Origin: the human T2T-CHM13v2.0 reference genome, Homo sapiens | Length of the DNA: 64,000 nucleotides | Reading direction: 5' to 3' (one strand) | Assembly: GCF_009914755.1 (NCBI RefSeq) | Contig: NC_060927.1 | Shown here: one piece after another, positions 43,100 through 53,480 of the stretch | Layout: each line of letters opens with the position of its first letter | Numbering within the stretch: the first letter of the stretch is position 1 | Made by a program: the position numbers and the translations under genes | Notes under the pieces: generated by a model | Told to the model about the DNA's origin: nothing | Databases searched by the model: none | The model's input: the letters and a program-made list of their open reading frames with translations, nothing else

Positions 43100-45625
43100 A
43101 AAATAGTTACCGCAATCACAAAAGAGTTTTTATTTCCCACTATAGCTTAAAATATTAACTGTGGTTTACCAGAGAGACATGGTGAAGCCATACAAGTAAA
43201 ACATATACTCAGGTGAAAGAAATGTTTAATTTCTAAAACATGAACAAAATAATTTTCTATACATAATTTAAATGGATATTAAATATTTATAGACATGATT
43301 TCAAAAACGTGGTAATTGTCTTCCATAACATCGTCCATGATAGAAGCCAGGAAACCATCACATTTTATCCCAAATGTTCGGTAATATCTTTAAACTGGGC
43401 CAAAATTAAGTTTCATTTAAAAGCTATCAAAAGCTATGACATTTTACATGGTTTTGTATACCAAATGCATTGTGCTAAGCCTGGGTGTACCCTCATGGTA
43501 CTTAACACATGATAAGGCACACAAAGAATGCAAAATAAATATTTGTTAACTCATACATTTCCTTTTACAGCTTGATTATTAGACTTTCAAAATTAGTTAT
43601 ATTACTTTCTCAATTCCTAGTGTCATAAAGTACAATAATTCGAATCCTTAAATCTCTTATTCTAAAAAGCGACAAATTTCACCGACCAGGGGCCCAGATA
43701 CCAGAATGTAAAAGGCACAGTTATTTATTTTATTTTATTTTTTAGAAAATGGAATGTGTTCTACTTCTTAAAGTACTCCAGAGAGTAATATTAATTACTA
43801 TATTGGATTTTCTTCATAAATTATTTTTAAAAGTGGGTGGCAACAAAACTTTATAAAACAGACCCTTTGCTTACATCACCAAAATAAAGCAACAACCAAA
43901 CAGAAACAACAATGAAAGGCATGTCTCTGTTACAAAGAATCCTAACCAACACAGTTGACCTACGAGATATTGATTGTGCAAGATGACTTATTGAGATGTG
44001 GAAAAGAGAAAAATGAGAACAGGTTTCAACATGAAAGATTTCATCATTAATTGAAGTTTGTCCAAAAAACATAGGTGCACATGCAGGATGTGCAAATTAT
44101 TCTGGGAATGATAGGGGTCTTGAGAGATGGGAAAGAAGAAAACTAGCACAAGCACTGAAAATATATTGTTTCAAATTTAGAAATATGAAGTCCTTGATAG
44201 CAATATTTATATGCAATCTATCCGCACTTATTTAAAAATTAATATGTATCTATTTTTAGAGGCAAATTATTCTTACACAGTTACGCCGAGTTAACTGCAA
44301 AATGGGCTCTAGAAAAAGAGTACTGTGATCAGAGCAATGATTTCTAATGTTAACTTCAAATGACTTATGTTTTTGAATTTTATTAATTGTACATAAAGTT
44401 TACCCTACCTAATACTTGCAGTGCCTATCTAAAGACTTCTCTTTAGTTTCTTCAGTGACCTGAAACTGCCATGTTGGAGTAAATCTGATAGGACCCAGCC
44501 TCAATTCATAGAATATTAGTAATTATCTAGTCCAACTTCTGTATTCTACAGTTGGGAAACTGAACCTTCACAAAAGGGAAGTCGTTTTCGCAAAGTCATA
44601 GCAGATGAGTAGGTCTAAGTCTCATGATGGTGGCCACAGTGTCTAAATTGCTTGTATTTTATCACCATCACATAGCATAGTGCCTGGTACAAAGTAGGCA
44701 TTAGGTATTCTACAGATTTCTTGGGTGGACTGATCAATGAAAAAATGAATACGCGAATGAATGAATGAATGAGACAATGGCTGAGCTAGGTTAGTCTATT
44801 TTCAGCAATAGGAGTTTGTCAGCATCTGGGTAGTTGCAGATGATGACTAGTTTTGTTACCACAGTCCCTCAAAATGTTCTTCTTGGAGTCATGTTGGTTA
44901 AAGAAATGATGCTGGGTACATATAGAAGCTGATACATCATGAGGCATTTAAAAATAATTTAAATTCTTTGTAATTTTAAAGTTTATCTGTGATATTGATT
45001 ATTAGTGGAGTTACAGTTGTTTTAAGAGGCTTTGTCAATGCCACTATGGGGCACTGAACTTTTTGAACTGCCATGAACATAATGCTACACACATCCACAT
45101 TATGTCTTCAGGAGTAGTGGTGATGGGCAAAGACACTTGTTTCAACCCCACCCTCAGCTATTTGAACATGCAGTAGCAAGTACTTGAAGCAAAAATAGGG
45201 CTCATTCTAAAGACAGTTTTCAGAAATGACAAAGGGAGAAAAGTAAAAGGGCTGTGAATATTTCAACTACTTAAAAGAGGAAAATCTGTTAAACTGGTTA
45301 AAATTGGAAAAATGTATCTAGGTCTTAAAGGAATATAGAAGTGAGTGGAAAATACCTTATCAAGTATAGGGCAAAGAGAGGATGTCAATAGCAGGTATTG
45401 GTGTGTAAACAAGTCAAATTTAGGTAAAAGAAGCGCGGACACGTTTCATTATGGATTCTTGGAAGCCATTCCCTGCAGATTTAAGTGGGTAATTGAGAGT
45501 GACATTTAAAGTGGCAGGAGACAGTCTAAGCAACAGCTTCTGTGTTCCACATAGTCAAATTCAAGTGCAAGAGAGGTCTTTGTAAACAGAGTTCGTGGCA
45601 GTGCTTTGTGATAAAAGAGGGGTCA
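43100..45625 (-). other. GMNC: GMNC 3' UTR (distal end approximate)
   Basis: Continues from the stop codon. Minus-strand poly(A) signals: AATAAA 44379-44384, an AATAAA cluster at about 43724-43739, ATTAAA 43225-43230 and AATAAA 43129-43134. Contains MIR/L2-like remnants at about 44500-44770. Confidence 0.6.
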
Positions 45626-46246
45626 CTAAGACTGCTTAGGGACCCAGGTAAACTTCCAGCCTCCCTCCTCATCTCGACGCACAAAGGCTTGTCCCTGGTG
45701 GAAGGAATGAGTTTTCACATTACAATGAGGGCTCAGGGATGTGGAAAATGCCATCTCTGTCTTGTTGGGTGACACATGAGCAGTATAGTAAGGAAGAGTT
45801 TTCAGCCCCACTGGGGGATTTGAAAGTTGAGAAAGGATGTGGAAATCTTCTCCATGAGTGGCAGTGCTGTGCAAGGGGGTTGTTCTGTCACCTCTATAGT
45901 CAATTGGCATATCCTCTCTGGGGATATTTTTATAATCAACTGCATCATCCGGAAACTGGGAAAATGTGCTGGCGACTCTTCTGGGATGAGATGCGAGGGC
46001 ACTGTAGTTAGCTGATGAGGTGTCATCGATAGTGTCAAGGTCTTTTAACCCAAGTGTTTGAAGGACCCAGGGATCCACAGGGGGCCCAGCTTGTTCTTCA
46101 CAGTTAGCAAATTCACTAGAGAGGTTTCTTTTGGCATTTTTGGGATGGGGAATCTCAGCAGGAGAGTATCTTTGCTCTTTGGATTTTCTCTTCCCCTTCC
46201 TGAATTTTCCATATGCTTTGGAGAACTCATCAGATGAGAGCAATTT
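45626..46246 (-). CDS. GMNC: GMNC coding exon 5 (aa 129-334 plus stop; C-terminal TIRT domain)
   Basis: ttccctAG|AAA TTG CTC...; coincides with the 205-aa ORF 45626..46243. Ends ...HSFHQGQAFVRRDEEGGWKFTWVPKQS*, the TIRT tail shared with MCIDAS that binds E2F4/5-DP1. The five exons sum to 334 aa. Confidence 0.97.
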   Translation of the reverse strand, partial: KLLSSDEFSKAYGKFRKGKRKSKEQRYSPAEIPHPKNAKRNLSSEFANCEEQAGPPVDPWVLQTLGLKDLDTIDDTSSANYSALASHPRRVASTFSQFPDDAVDYKNIPREDMPIDYRGDRTTPLHSTATHGEDFHILSQLSNPPVGLKTLPYYTAHVSPNKTEMAFSTSLSPHCNVKTHSFHQGQAFVRRDEEGGWKFTWVPKQS

Positions 46247-46551
46247 CTAGGGAAGTGATATTTGAAAGTTATACTTTTTTCATATATTTACTAGTTAACT
46301 AAATTATTTCGGAAAAAATGCTTAAATTTCTCTTCACACAAGTAAGATGGATTGGATTAGCTTGTTTGTAAAGTAAAATCTGTGATGACAAGTTACTGCC
46401 TAAAAACTCTAAATCACATTTTTTACTCAATTGTTTTAAATGTTGAAAGGACCAGATGATATTTTTAAGATTTCAGCACCGGCAAGTTATTATTATTATA
46501 ACAATAATAGCACTATCATTTATTAAGTTACCATTTGTAAATAAACTATCA

Positions 46552-46860
46552 TTTATTTATAAATAATACTTATATTTATTTATAAATATTTATAAATAAT
46601 ACTTATATTTATTTATAAATATTTATAAATAATACTTATATTTATTTATAAATATTTATAAATAAATAAAAATATTTATTAATATATATTTATAAATATT
46701 TAGAAATAGATATATTTATAAATATTTATATATTTATAAATATATTAATAAATATTAATTTATATAAGTAAATATTCATAAATTTATATGAATAAATATT
46801 TATAAATAAATATAAATATATTTATAAACAATATTATTTATACATAATATCTTTATCATT
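46552..46860. repeat. AT-rich 33-bp minisatellite (x3) with degenerate tail, GMNC intron 4
   Basis: AAATAATACT recurs at 46561, 46594 and 46627. Confidence 0.9.
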
Positions 46861-48113
46861 TATAAATGAACTATCATTTACTACAATTTATAAAGCACTG
46901 ATTACATGTATTATCTCATTGGATATAGATGTTATTAAAATCTTCATTAATGAGGAAACTAAAGCACAGATATATTAATGACTTGCTGAGAATGATGTAG
47001 CTTGCACATAAACCTAAGCCACCCAAATCTACACAGATCCTCTGATTAAACACTATACAACACTGCTTCTTCTTATTTCATTAACTTTCAAAGCACTTCT
47101 GAGATATATTATTATATTATTCTAAATATTGGAAAATTATTAAGACTGACAGATAAAACTGCCTAGTTATTATCACTTAGTAATATAATAAGTGTCCTTT
47201 TATGGAATGGTGGCTGGAGTTAGGAGCCCAGGAAAATAGCCTGGCCTATTCTCTTAAAATATTCTCTTTTTAACAAAGGCAACTGAATTGTAAAGAAATC
47301 AAATCTAGTGTCTTCTATTCTCTGAACTGCTCTATTTAGTAAGAGTAGCAAGAAGCATCATCAATTTAGATCAAATAATTTCAAATAATGCAGCTTGTCT
47401 AGAAGTATGGAAAAGATTGATGATGAAAGCATTAATGATAACATAATGGCAACTAGATAATAAAAAATTGAAAGGCAAAGAATTGAGCATGAACAAAAGA
47501 AGACTACTGGCAAGTTATTTATCCTTGAGTTAGAAATAGCTCATTTTAAAAGTGGAGAAAAAATGTGAATTAAATGATAATGTAATTGTGTATGCCTAAT
47601 TGCCTAATATAATTTGTAAATGCCAAATCAAGAGATTTGGGCTCAGGCAATATTCACAGCATTTTAGATCTAGCAGAATTTTTAAAAGATATTTTAGACC
47701 ATCCATTACAGATGAAGTTAAGTGAGGATCTAAGTAAGAATGATTTGCCTAAAGTCAAACAGATCATTAAAAGAACTGAGTGTCTTTTAGATCTGCTTCC
47801 CGTACCAGCATTCCATCCATCTAATTCTGCCTTTTGATTAACACTGATTGTCTCAGCAACCCCCACCCTCGACTAGCATTTGATTTTTAAGCAACTTCTT
47901 TTGTAACATAAGACTGACATCTGCAATCTAGGTACTTCAGAGAAATGATAGATAAAAATTCTTGTGAAAGAGCCGTTATTTCCTTAAGAAAAACCATCCA
48001 TCTTATAAATGCATATCAAGATACACTGTTTAATCAAGGAGTTTTACATAAATCATTTCCTTTCTCAAATCACTGCTTTGTTCTTATAAAGTAGATACAT
48101 ACATCATACATAC

Positions 48114-48230
48114 CTTGGCCTTTTCTTCAAGACATTTAACCAAAGCAGAATTCAGGTATTGTCTGAGGTGATTATTCTCTTCGTGTAACCTGGCGAGTTC
48201 TTCTTCCTTCTGCACCAGGGTATCTTGCAG
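48114..48230 (-). CDS. GMNC: GMNC coding exon 4 (aa 90-128, geminin-type coiled coil)
   Basis: tttttgtAG|CTG...AAG|GTATG; 117 nt, phase 0-0; LQDTLVQKEEELARLHEENNHLRQYLNSALVKCLEEKAK shows a heptad pattern like geminin and MCIDAS. Confidence 0.95.
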
Positions 48231-48534
48231 CTACAAAAAGCAGACAGTGGTGAAGGCTGCTCCACTATATTGACTTTGTAACCTTATAATAATGCCACTG
48301 CTCCTTAACTGCCTTAAACTTGATGATTGTTTGTTGTATGAACACAAGCACAGGGAGCCCTCATCCTGAGAGGCCTAAATTAAATCTACATCCCCCTAAT
48401 GCCTAGTTGTTCAGCTTTGTGCTCTGAATGTTCATTCATTGCAAAGCATTTGGAGAGATTATAATAGACTTTTAAAATTGTAACCACAAGCGAATCAGGT
48501 AGATATGAAGGAAAATGAGCTGCATGCAACTGTT

Positions 48535-48809
48535 TAAATATAGAAAATGATGTTTAGGAAGATGTTGCTGGACTCCTTCCTTGCACTTCTAAATAAATAA
48601 ATAAAAAATAGAGGTGGGTCGCCTTTTTTCAGCCTCAAATGGACCTGTCTGTATGTCCACTAGGTTAAATTAAATATAGAAAATGATGTTTAGGAAGATT
48701 TTGCTGGACTCCTCCCTTGCATGTTTAAATAAATAAATAAATAAAAATAGAGGTGGGTTGGCTTCTTTCAGCCTCAGATTGATCTGTCTGTATGTCCACT
48801 AGATTAAAT
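48535..48809. repeat. Tandem duplication of about 136/139 bp in GMNC intron 3
   Basis: Copies start TAAATATAGAAAATGATGTTTAGGAAGAT at 48535 and 48671 and end TGTCTGTATGTCCACTAGRTTAAAT. Confidence 0.95.
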
Positions 48810-49258
48810 TATCCTTCAGGGGCAAAACTGACACAACATGTAAAAAGCAATCTTAGGAAAATATTTTATAATCATTATGTCTTCTCCAAGTATTAGCTAT
48901 GCTTATGGTTTAAAAATACTGTCACACTCATTATATCATTCGATCTTTTCAAACGCTCTCTGAGATAGGCAGTACAAGGTTTACAATTCCATAAATGAGG
49001 ACAAGGAAAAGGATTCAAGGTCATACGGCTAAAATGTGTAAAGTGAGAGCTTGACTGCAGGCCTTTCTAGAGTGTCTTGCTTGTTTTTCTTTTCTCTGAC
49101 ATTGATCATCTAACTTTGATCTCTCTTTGGACACACCAGTCACTTTGGTTCTAAACTGAGTCAGCATGAATTTCAAAAGGGAAAAGAAGCAAGATATTAG
49201 CAGTGGGGAATGGACCACATAGAACATGACCAGTCTCAATGTTCTGACTTACACATAC

Positions 49259-49347
49259 CTGCTTATTTCTGTAGAGCTGAGAGGAAAGCTGAGCCTCTTC
49301 CCATGAGCACAAGTCCGGAAGAGGAAAATTTGAGTCACTGAATGATT
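49259..49347 (-). CDS. GMNC: GMNC coding exon 3 (aa 60-89)
   Basis: ttttcacAG|AA TCA...AAG CAG|GTATG; 89 nt, completes the phase-1 codon; (E)SFSDSNFPLPDLCSWEEAQLSSQLYRNKQ. Confidence 0.95.
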
Positions 49348-51014
49348 CTGTGAAAATACAAATAGATAACTGAGAAAATAATCTTGTAGTTTCTGTGTAA
49401 TAAAGAAACTTATCAAATCAAATCAGAAAGTTTAATAGGTTCAATTATTTTTCTTAAACAGCTATTGCTGCCATACAGGAAAACAAGACATTTAAAGTTT
49501 TTTAGAAAAGGCAAGCAAGCTGTGAGAGACAAATATTTATATGCTGTATGACATAGCAGTTAAAAAGGTAAATTTTTTTAAGCAGTAAGGGGTCACATTC
49601 TTGCCTAATATATGTATTCCTGCTGGATAAATTAAAGACTGTCCAGTCTTTGTCATTAATTTATGCAAATACTTATTGATCTCCCCCAAACTCGGCATAA
49701 CATTGTAATTCCATTATGTTTTTCTAGTTTTTATCTTATTTTCTAAGTTTTAGCACTTGATAATGTACTGTTTGGCTCTATAATTAAATTCTAGTCTGTA
49801 ATGCTACTAGTTTCTCTGCCTGTCTGCCTGCCTGTTTTAATCTAACGGACTGTATTTATTTGGAATTTTATGTGGTAGCACTTTCTACTTTAAAACAATT
49901 TGGACCTTGCTTCTTTGAAGATCTTAATGAAAATCTCAAAACTGTGCCCAGACCTTATCTGTTTCAACTGTCCTAATCTGTATATTTTATAAATGTTTTT
50001 TCAAAGTGCCTTTTCCCCCCATATTTGACAGTCAGCTCTATCTATCAATAAAAAACTATGGTTGGGCATACTAACCAGGTCTACTTTTACTTTCTTTTCT
50101 TCATCTAGTACAGTTTAGACTCTTGTCCTTCTCTGGTTATATTGTTGATACTGAAATATTTTTGATTAAAGTGAAATGATGAGTAAGGAGATAGGAATAA
50201 AATGGCATAAGTAGTTTGGGTTCACATTCTTGGGCATTTTGTTTTTACTGTTGCTTGTAGTGGAAAGCTAATATTCAACAATGTCCTCCCTGACATTTAA
50301 GTGTGCTTTTAATATTTGGGGTTCCTTTGTTTGTGTCTTTTTAAAAAATAAAACAAATCATGTAGCAGAACCAACAGTATGGATATTTAATTCTGGGGTG
50401 TCTGAGAATTCTTTAAGAAACTTGAGTGTTTAACACAGACATTTCTTTAATATTTATAAATACTGCTGGTATGCCACAGATCAAGATTAATATGTCATTT
50501 TACATCAATGCTATAGTTCTCTCCAAAGTTGAAGCTTTTTGTGTGTGTAAAAGGGAATCCTTTTTCAACTTCTAACACACTATCCATGGAACTTCCTCTA
50601 TGAAATAAAAATTAAGTTAGTATTTCTTGCTTTTCTCTCAAACTCAGGGAAACTTTCCTGAATTCCAAAAGAAGTGTTCCAACTGGTATCCTCATTCCAA
50701 AGACATTCTGCTGGTGTGTTGTTTATAAAACTTTGATCCAGACTCACACTCCCTCAGTGAGATAGGACTCTCCAAGAACTGTAAATTGTAGGGAGAAATA
50801 CATGCTATCCAGTGGGCAAGGTAAAGAATCCCATTTTCACTATTTGGCAAGTGTAAAGCAGCAGGCTTTATGACTGTAAAAATCAGGAGTCCTTGGGTTT
50901 ACTTAAATTTTCCATATCGTCCCTTATTCTAGAGTCCCAGCCCATGATGCTCCGCAGCCACGGGTATGGAAAAGAGCTCCAGATCTATCAGGGAAGCAGA
51001 AGAGCAGAACTTAC

Positions 51015-51189
51015 CCTGTGCCTGTGGTGCTTGTTGGAGCTCTCTGTTGTCCAGGAGACCAGCAGCCCAGAAAGAGACCCAAGTCTCCGTGGAAACGTCA
51101 ACACTAGGTTCTGACGTTGTAGTGGAATACGGGCAATTATAGCTCTGGCCTCCTACAAAGTACTGGTCTTGGCAAGGCAGAATGGTGTT
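51015..51189 (-). CDS. GMNC: GMNC coding exon 2 (aa 2-59 plus first base of E60)
   Basis: tttcacAG|AAC...CAG G|GTAAG; 175 nt; translates NTILPCQDQYFVGGQSYNCPYSTTTSEPSVDVSTETWVSFWAAGLLDNRELQQAPQAQ. Confidence 0.95.
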
Positions 51190-51755
51190 CTGTGAAATTC
51201 AGTATGGGGGGAGTGAGGGGTCCCAAAAGATGGGGTGATGGAGATTTAGAAGGGGGAAAGGGTGGGAGAAATACCGAAATTACACGCAGTGAAATATAAA
51301 GAAAAAAAATCAGAAAAGGTGTTAAGTATAGATCCATATTAATTTTGGGGTGGTCAAATTATAATTACTAAAAGGGAATGAGTTTCTTGGTTTACCCAGA
51401 ATTTCCCTTAGGCCCTCTGAGCAAAAGAGCAGACTAGCATTGAATGGGTGAAATTTGTACATATCCAGGAGGATTGTCTGTTGCAACGACCAGCCCATCT
51501 AATAGTCTACCCAGATCTAAATAAAGGGAATTCTACTTAATGATTCAAAACCATAAGAACTATTTGGTTCTTTCTGCAAATACCTTAATTATATTTCTAA
51601 AACTCCTGAAGGACAAAGAACGCAGAATGCTAAAGCTGAAATGGATGTGACATAATATAGACTAACGTCTTCATTTTTGTTTCTGAATCATACTTGCCTC
51701 ATTCCTTCCTTTTTCCTCCGTCTGACCTAACATACTGCTGGCTCATAGTCCATCA

Positions 51756-51786
51756 ATCTATCTGTCTGTCTGTCTGTCTGCCTATC

Positions 51787-51838
<52 letters not shown>
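51756..51838. repeat. (TCTG)n(TCTA)n compound microsatellite, GMNC intron 1
   Basis: Direct reading of the sequence. Confidence 0.95.
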
Positions 51839-52685
51839 CTGTCCCAGAGATAATTAAAACATTTTGCTCCCAACACTAAGCACAGGACCACAAAGCTGCT
51901 CCAAGTAAACGTATAATCAAAGCTGAAAGAAGTTCGTTAGCAAAGACAGCAAGCTCTAGTTCTGTCCATCACTAGGGCTCAGTGCCCCTCCAAAGTTATC
52001 TTGCCATTAACTGGCATGTATTCTCCACTGTGTTCTGATCCAGTGAACACTCTCCTGCCTTCCACTTCTTGAACCTCAAACACACAGTCTTTCCATACGT
52101 CCAGGCAGGGGCAGGTATGCAGCCTTCCTGGGTTAATTTGTACAACACCAAATTTAAATTATTTGTCAATGTTTAATCAGGTAAAAGCCATTCATTTTAG
52201 CAGAGCCCAGCTTTGGAAAAACTCTTTTTGACTACTACAGGGCTTCTTTGGACATTAACATAAACAGAGAGAAAACAAATAAGAAGAAAAAAGAGAAAAA
52301 AAAGTTAAGTCAATTCAATCGCACTTTGTTAATGTTCTCGGTAAATTAAGTTTTGAAAAATTCCAGTTCTGAAGCAAGTCCAGCTTGGGCAGTGCAGACC
52401 GAAGAAATTCAGCCAAAAGTTTATCAAGTGCAATTTTCTTTTATTTTAAAAGCATGTTTGCAGACTCTTTCCCTGAGGTTTTTTATTTTTTATTTTATTT
52501 TTTGGAATCAGAGCTAAGCTATTATGCAATTGATACCTGAGAAGAAAACAAACTTCAAATATCCCTAGACAAGTTCATGTCCAAGTGTTTGCAAATATAT
52601 GCATAATCTAGAGGAAGAGGTAGAATGAAAAGTGAGTGCAGGTGGAGGGGGAAGTTGGGGAGAAAGTAAGGAAAGTAGTAATAAC

Positions 52686-52770
52686 AGAGAGAGAGAGAGA
52701 GGGCGAGAGAGAGAAAGGAGAGAAAGAAGAGGGAGAGAGGGAGAGAAAGAGAGAGAGAGAGAGAGAAAGC
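52686..52770. repeat. GA-rich polypurine tract, GMNC intron 1
   Basis: About 85 nt of almost pure purine with (GA)n blocks at both ends. Confidence 0.9.
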
Positions 52771-52939
52771 AGATAGAGGATACTAAAAGAGACACAGGGC
52801 AGCAGAGAGGATCTGTTTTAACTGGCGGGTAGCGGAGAAATCTTGCTCCGAAGGTGGAATAAATTCTAAATGCAAAGCTTATTAACTTTCAGAGACCCAA
52901 GTTTGCCAGCGGACTAGCTAACGCCAGTTCCTCACTTAC

Positions 52940-52942
52940 CAT
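52940..52942 (-). CDS. GMNC: GMNC coding exon 1 (initiator ATG only)
   Basis: Minus strand reads ...ACTGCAAG ATG|GTAAGTGAG: the ATG is followed immediately by a consensus 5' splice site and joins in frame to AAC ACC ATT of exon 2, giving MNTILPCQ, the GEMC1 N-terminus. Confidence 0.9.
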
Positions 52943-52979
52943 CTTGCAGTGGAAGAAAGCGCTGCAGAAACTGAGCCCA

Positions 52980-53480
52980 CTCAATTTTTCAGTAAAACCA
53001 GTGGGAGCTTTAAATGAGACTGAGGGGAGGAGCTAGGAGAGGCGAGTTCTAATCTGCGGGAGCTCCCGGTGACGCCCAGAGCTCCCGGCGAGCGCCGCTC
53101 TGTGATTTGGTGAGAGGCTGTCAAACCGGTGACGTGAGCCAGGAGTCACCCAGCAGAAGACAAAGTCACTCGCGCTCTGGGCGGCCACCGCGCCGGGACC
53201 AGGGACCTGCCGATCTGGCCACCGGCCGTGGGGCAGAGGCAGGACCTCCGGCCCTCTCGCTCCGGGTGCGCGGCGCTGCTTCACACCCGGCCCCAGTGTG
53301 GACTCGCCGCGGGCGGGGAGACGGGCGGGGAGACGGGCGGGGAGACGGGCGGCGACCCCGCAGCCGGGACCGAGGCGAGGGCCGGGCTCCCTCCCGCTCC
53401 ACGCGCAGCGCGGGGCAGGGCCGAGCCGGGCCGGGCGAGAAGATGGTCCAGGTGCCTGGACGTGGGGTAAGAAAAGCCCA
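52980..53480. promoter_or_regulatory. GMNC: GMNC CpG-island promoter
   Basis: The only strongly CpG/GC-rich stretch in the window, immediately 5' of exon 1. TATA-like TTTAAA at 53009-53014, CRE-like TGACGTGA at 53130-53137 and TGACG at about 53070, GC boxes at 53311-53352. Confidence 0.85.
53311..53352. repeat. 12-bp tandem repeat (GGGCGGGGAGAC)x3.5 of Sp1/KLF GC boxes
   Basis: Three exact copies at 53311, 53323 and 53335, plus GGGCGG at 53347. Confidence 0.9.

Noticed and set aside
45542-46230. Alternative-frame and antisense ORFs overlapping GMNC exon 5
   Set aside because: Short shadow ORFs of the real exon with no independent support.
48535-48809. Direct repeats as a CRISPR-like array or snoRNA pair
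   Set aside because: Only two adjacent copies with no spacers, in a eukaryotic intron; the ATGATG motif is antisense to the host transcript and has no convincing D box or terminal stem.
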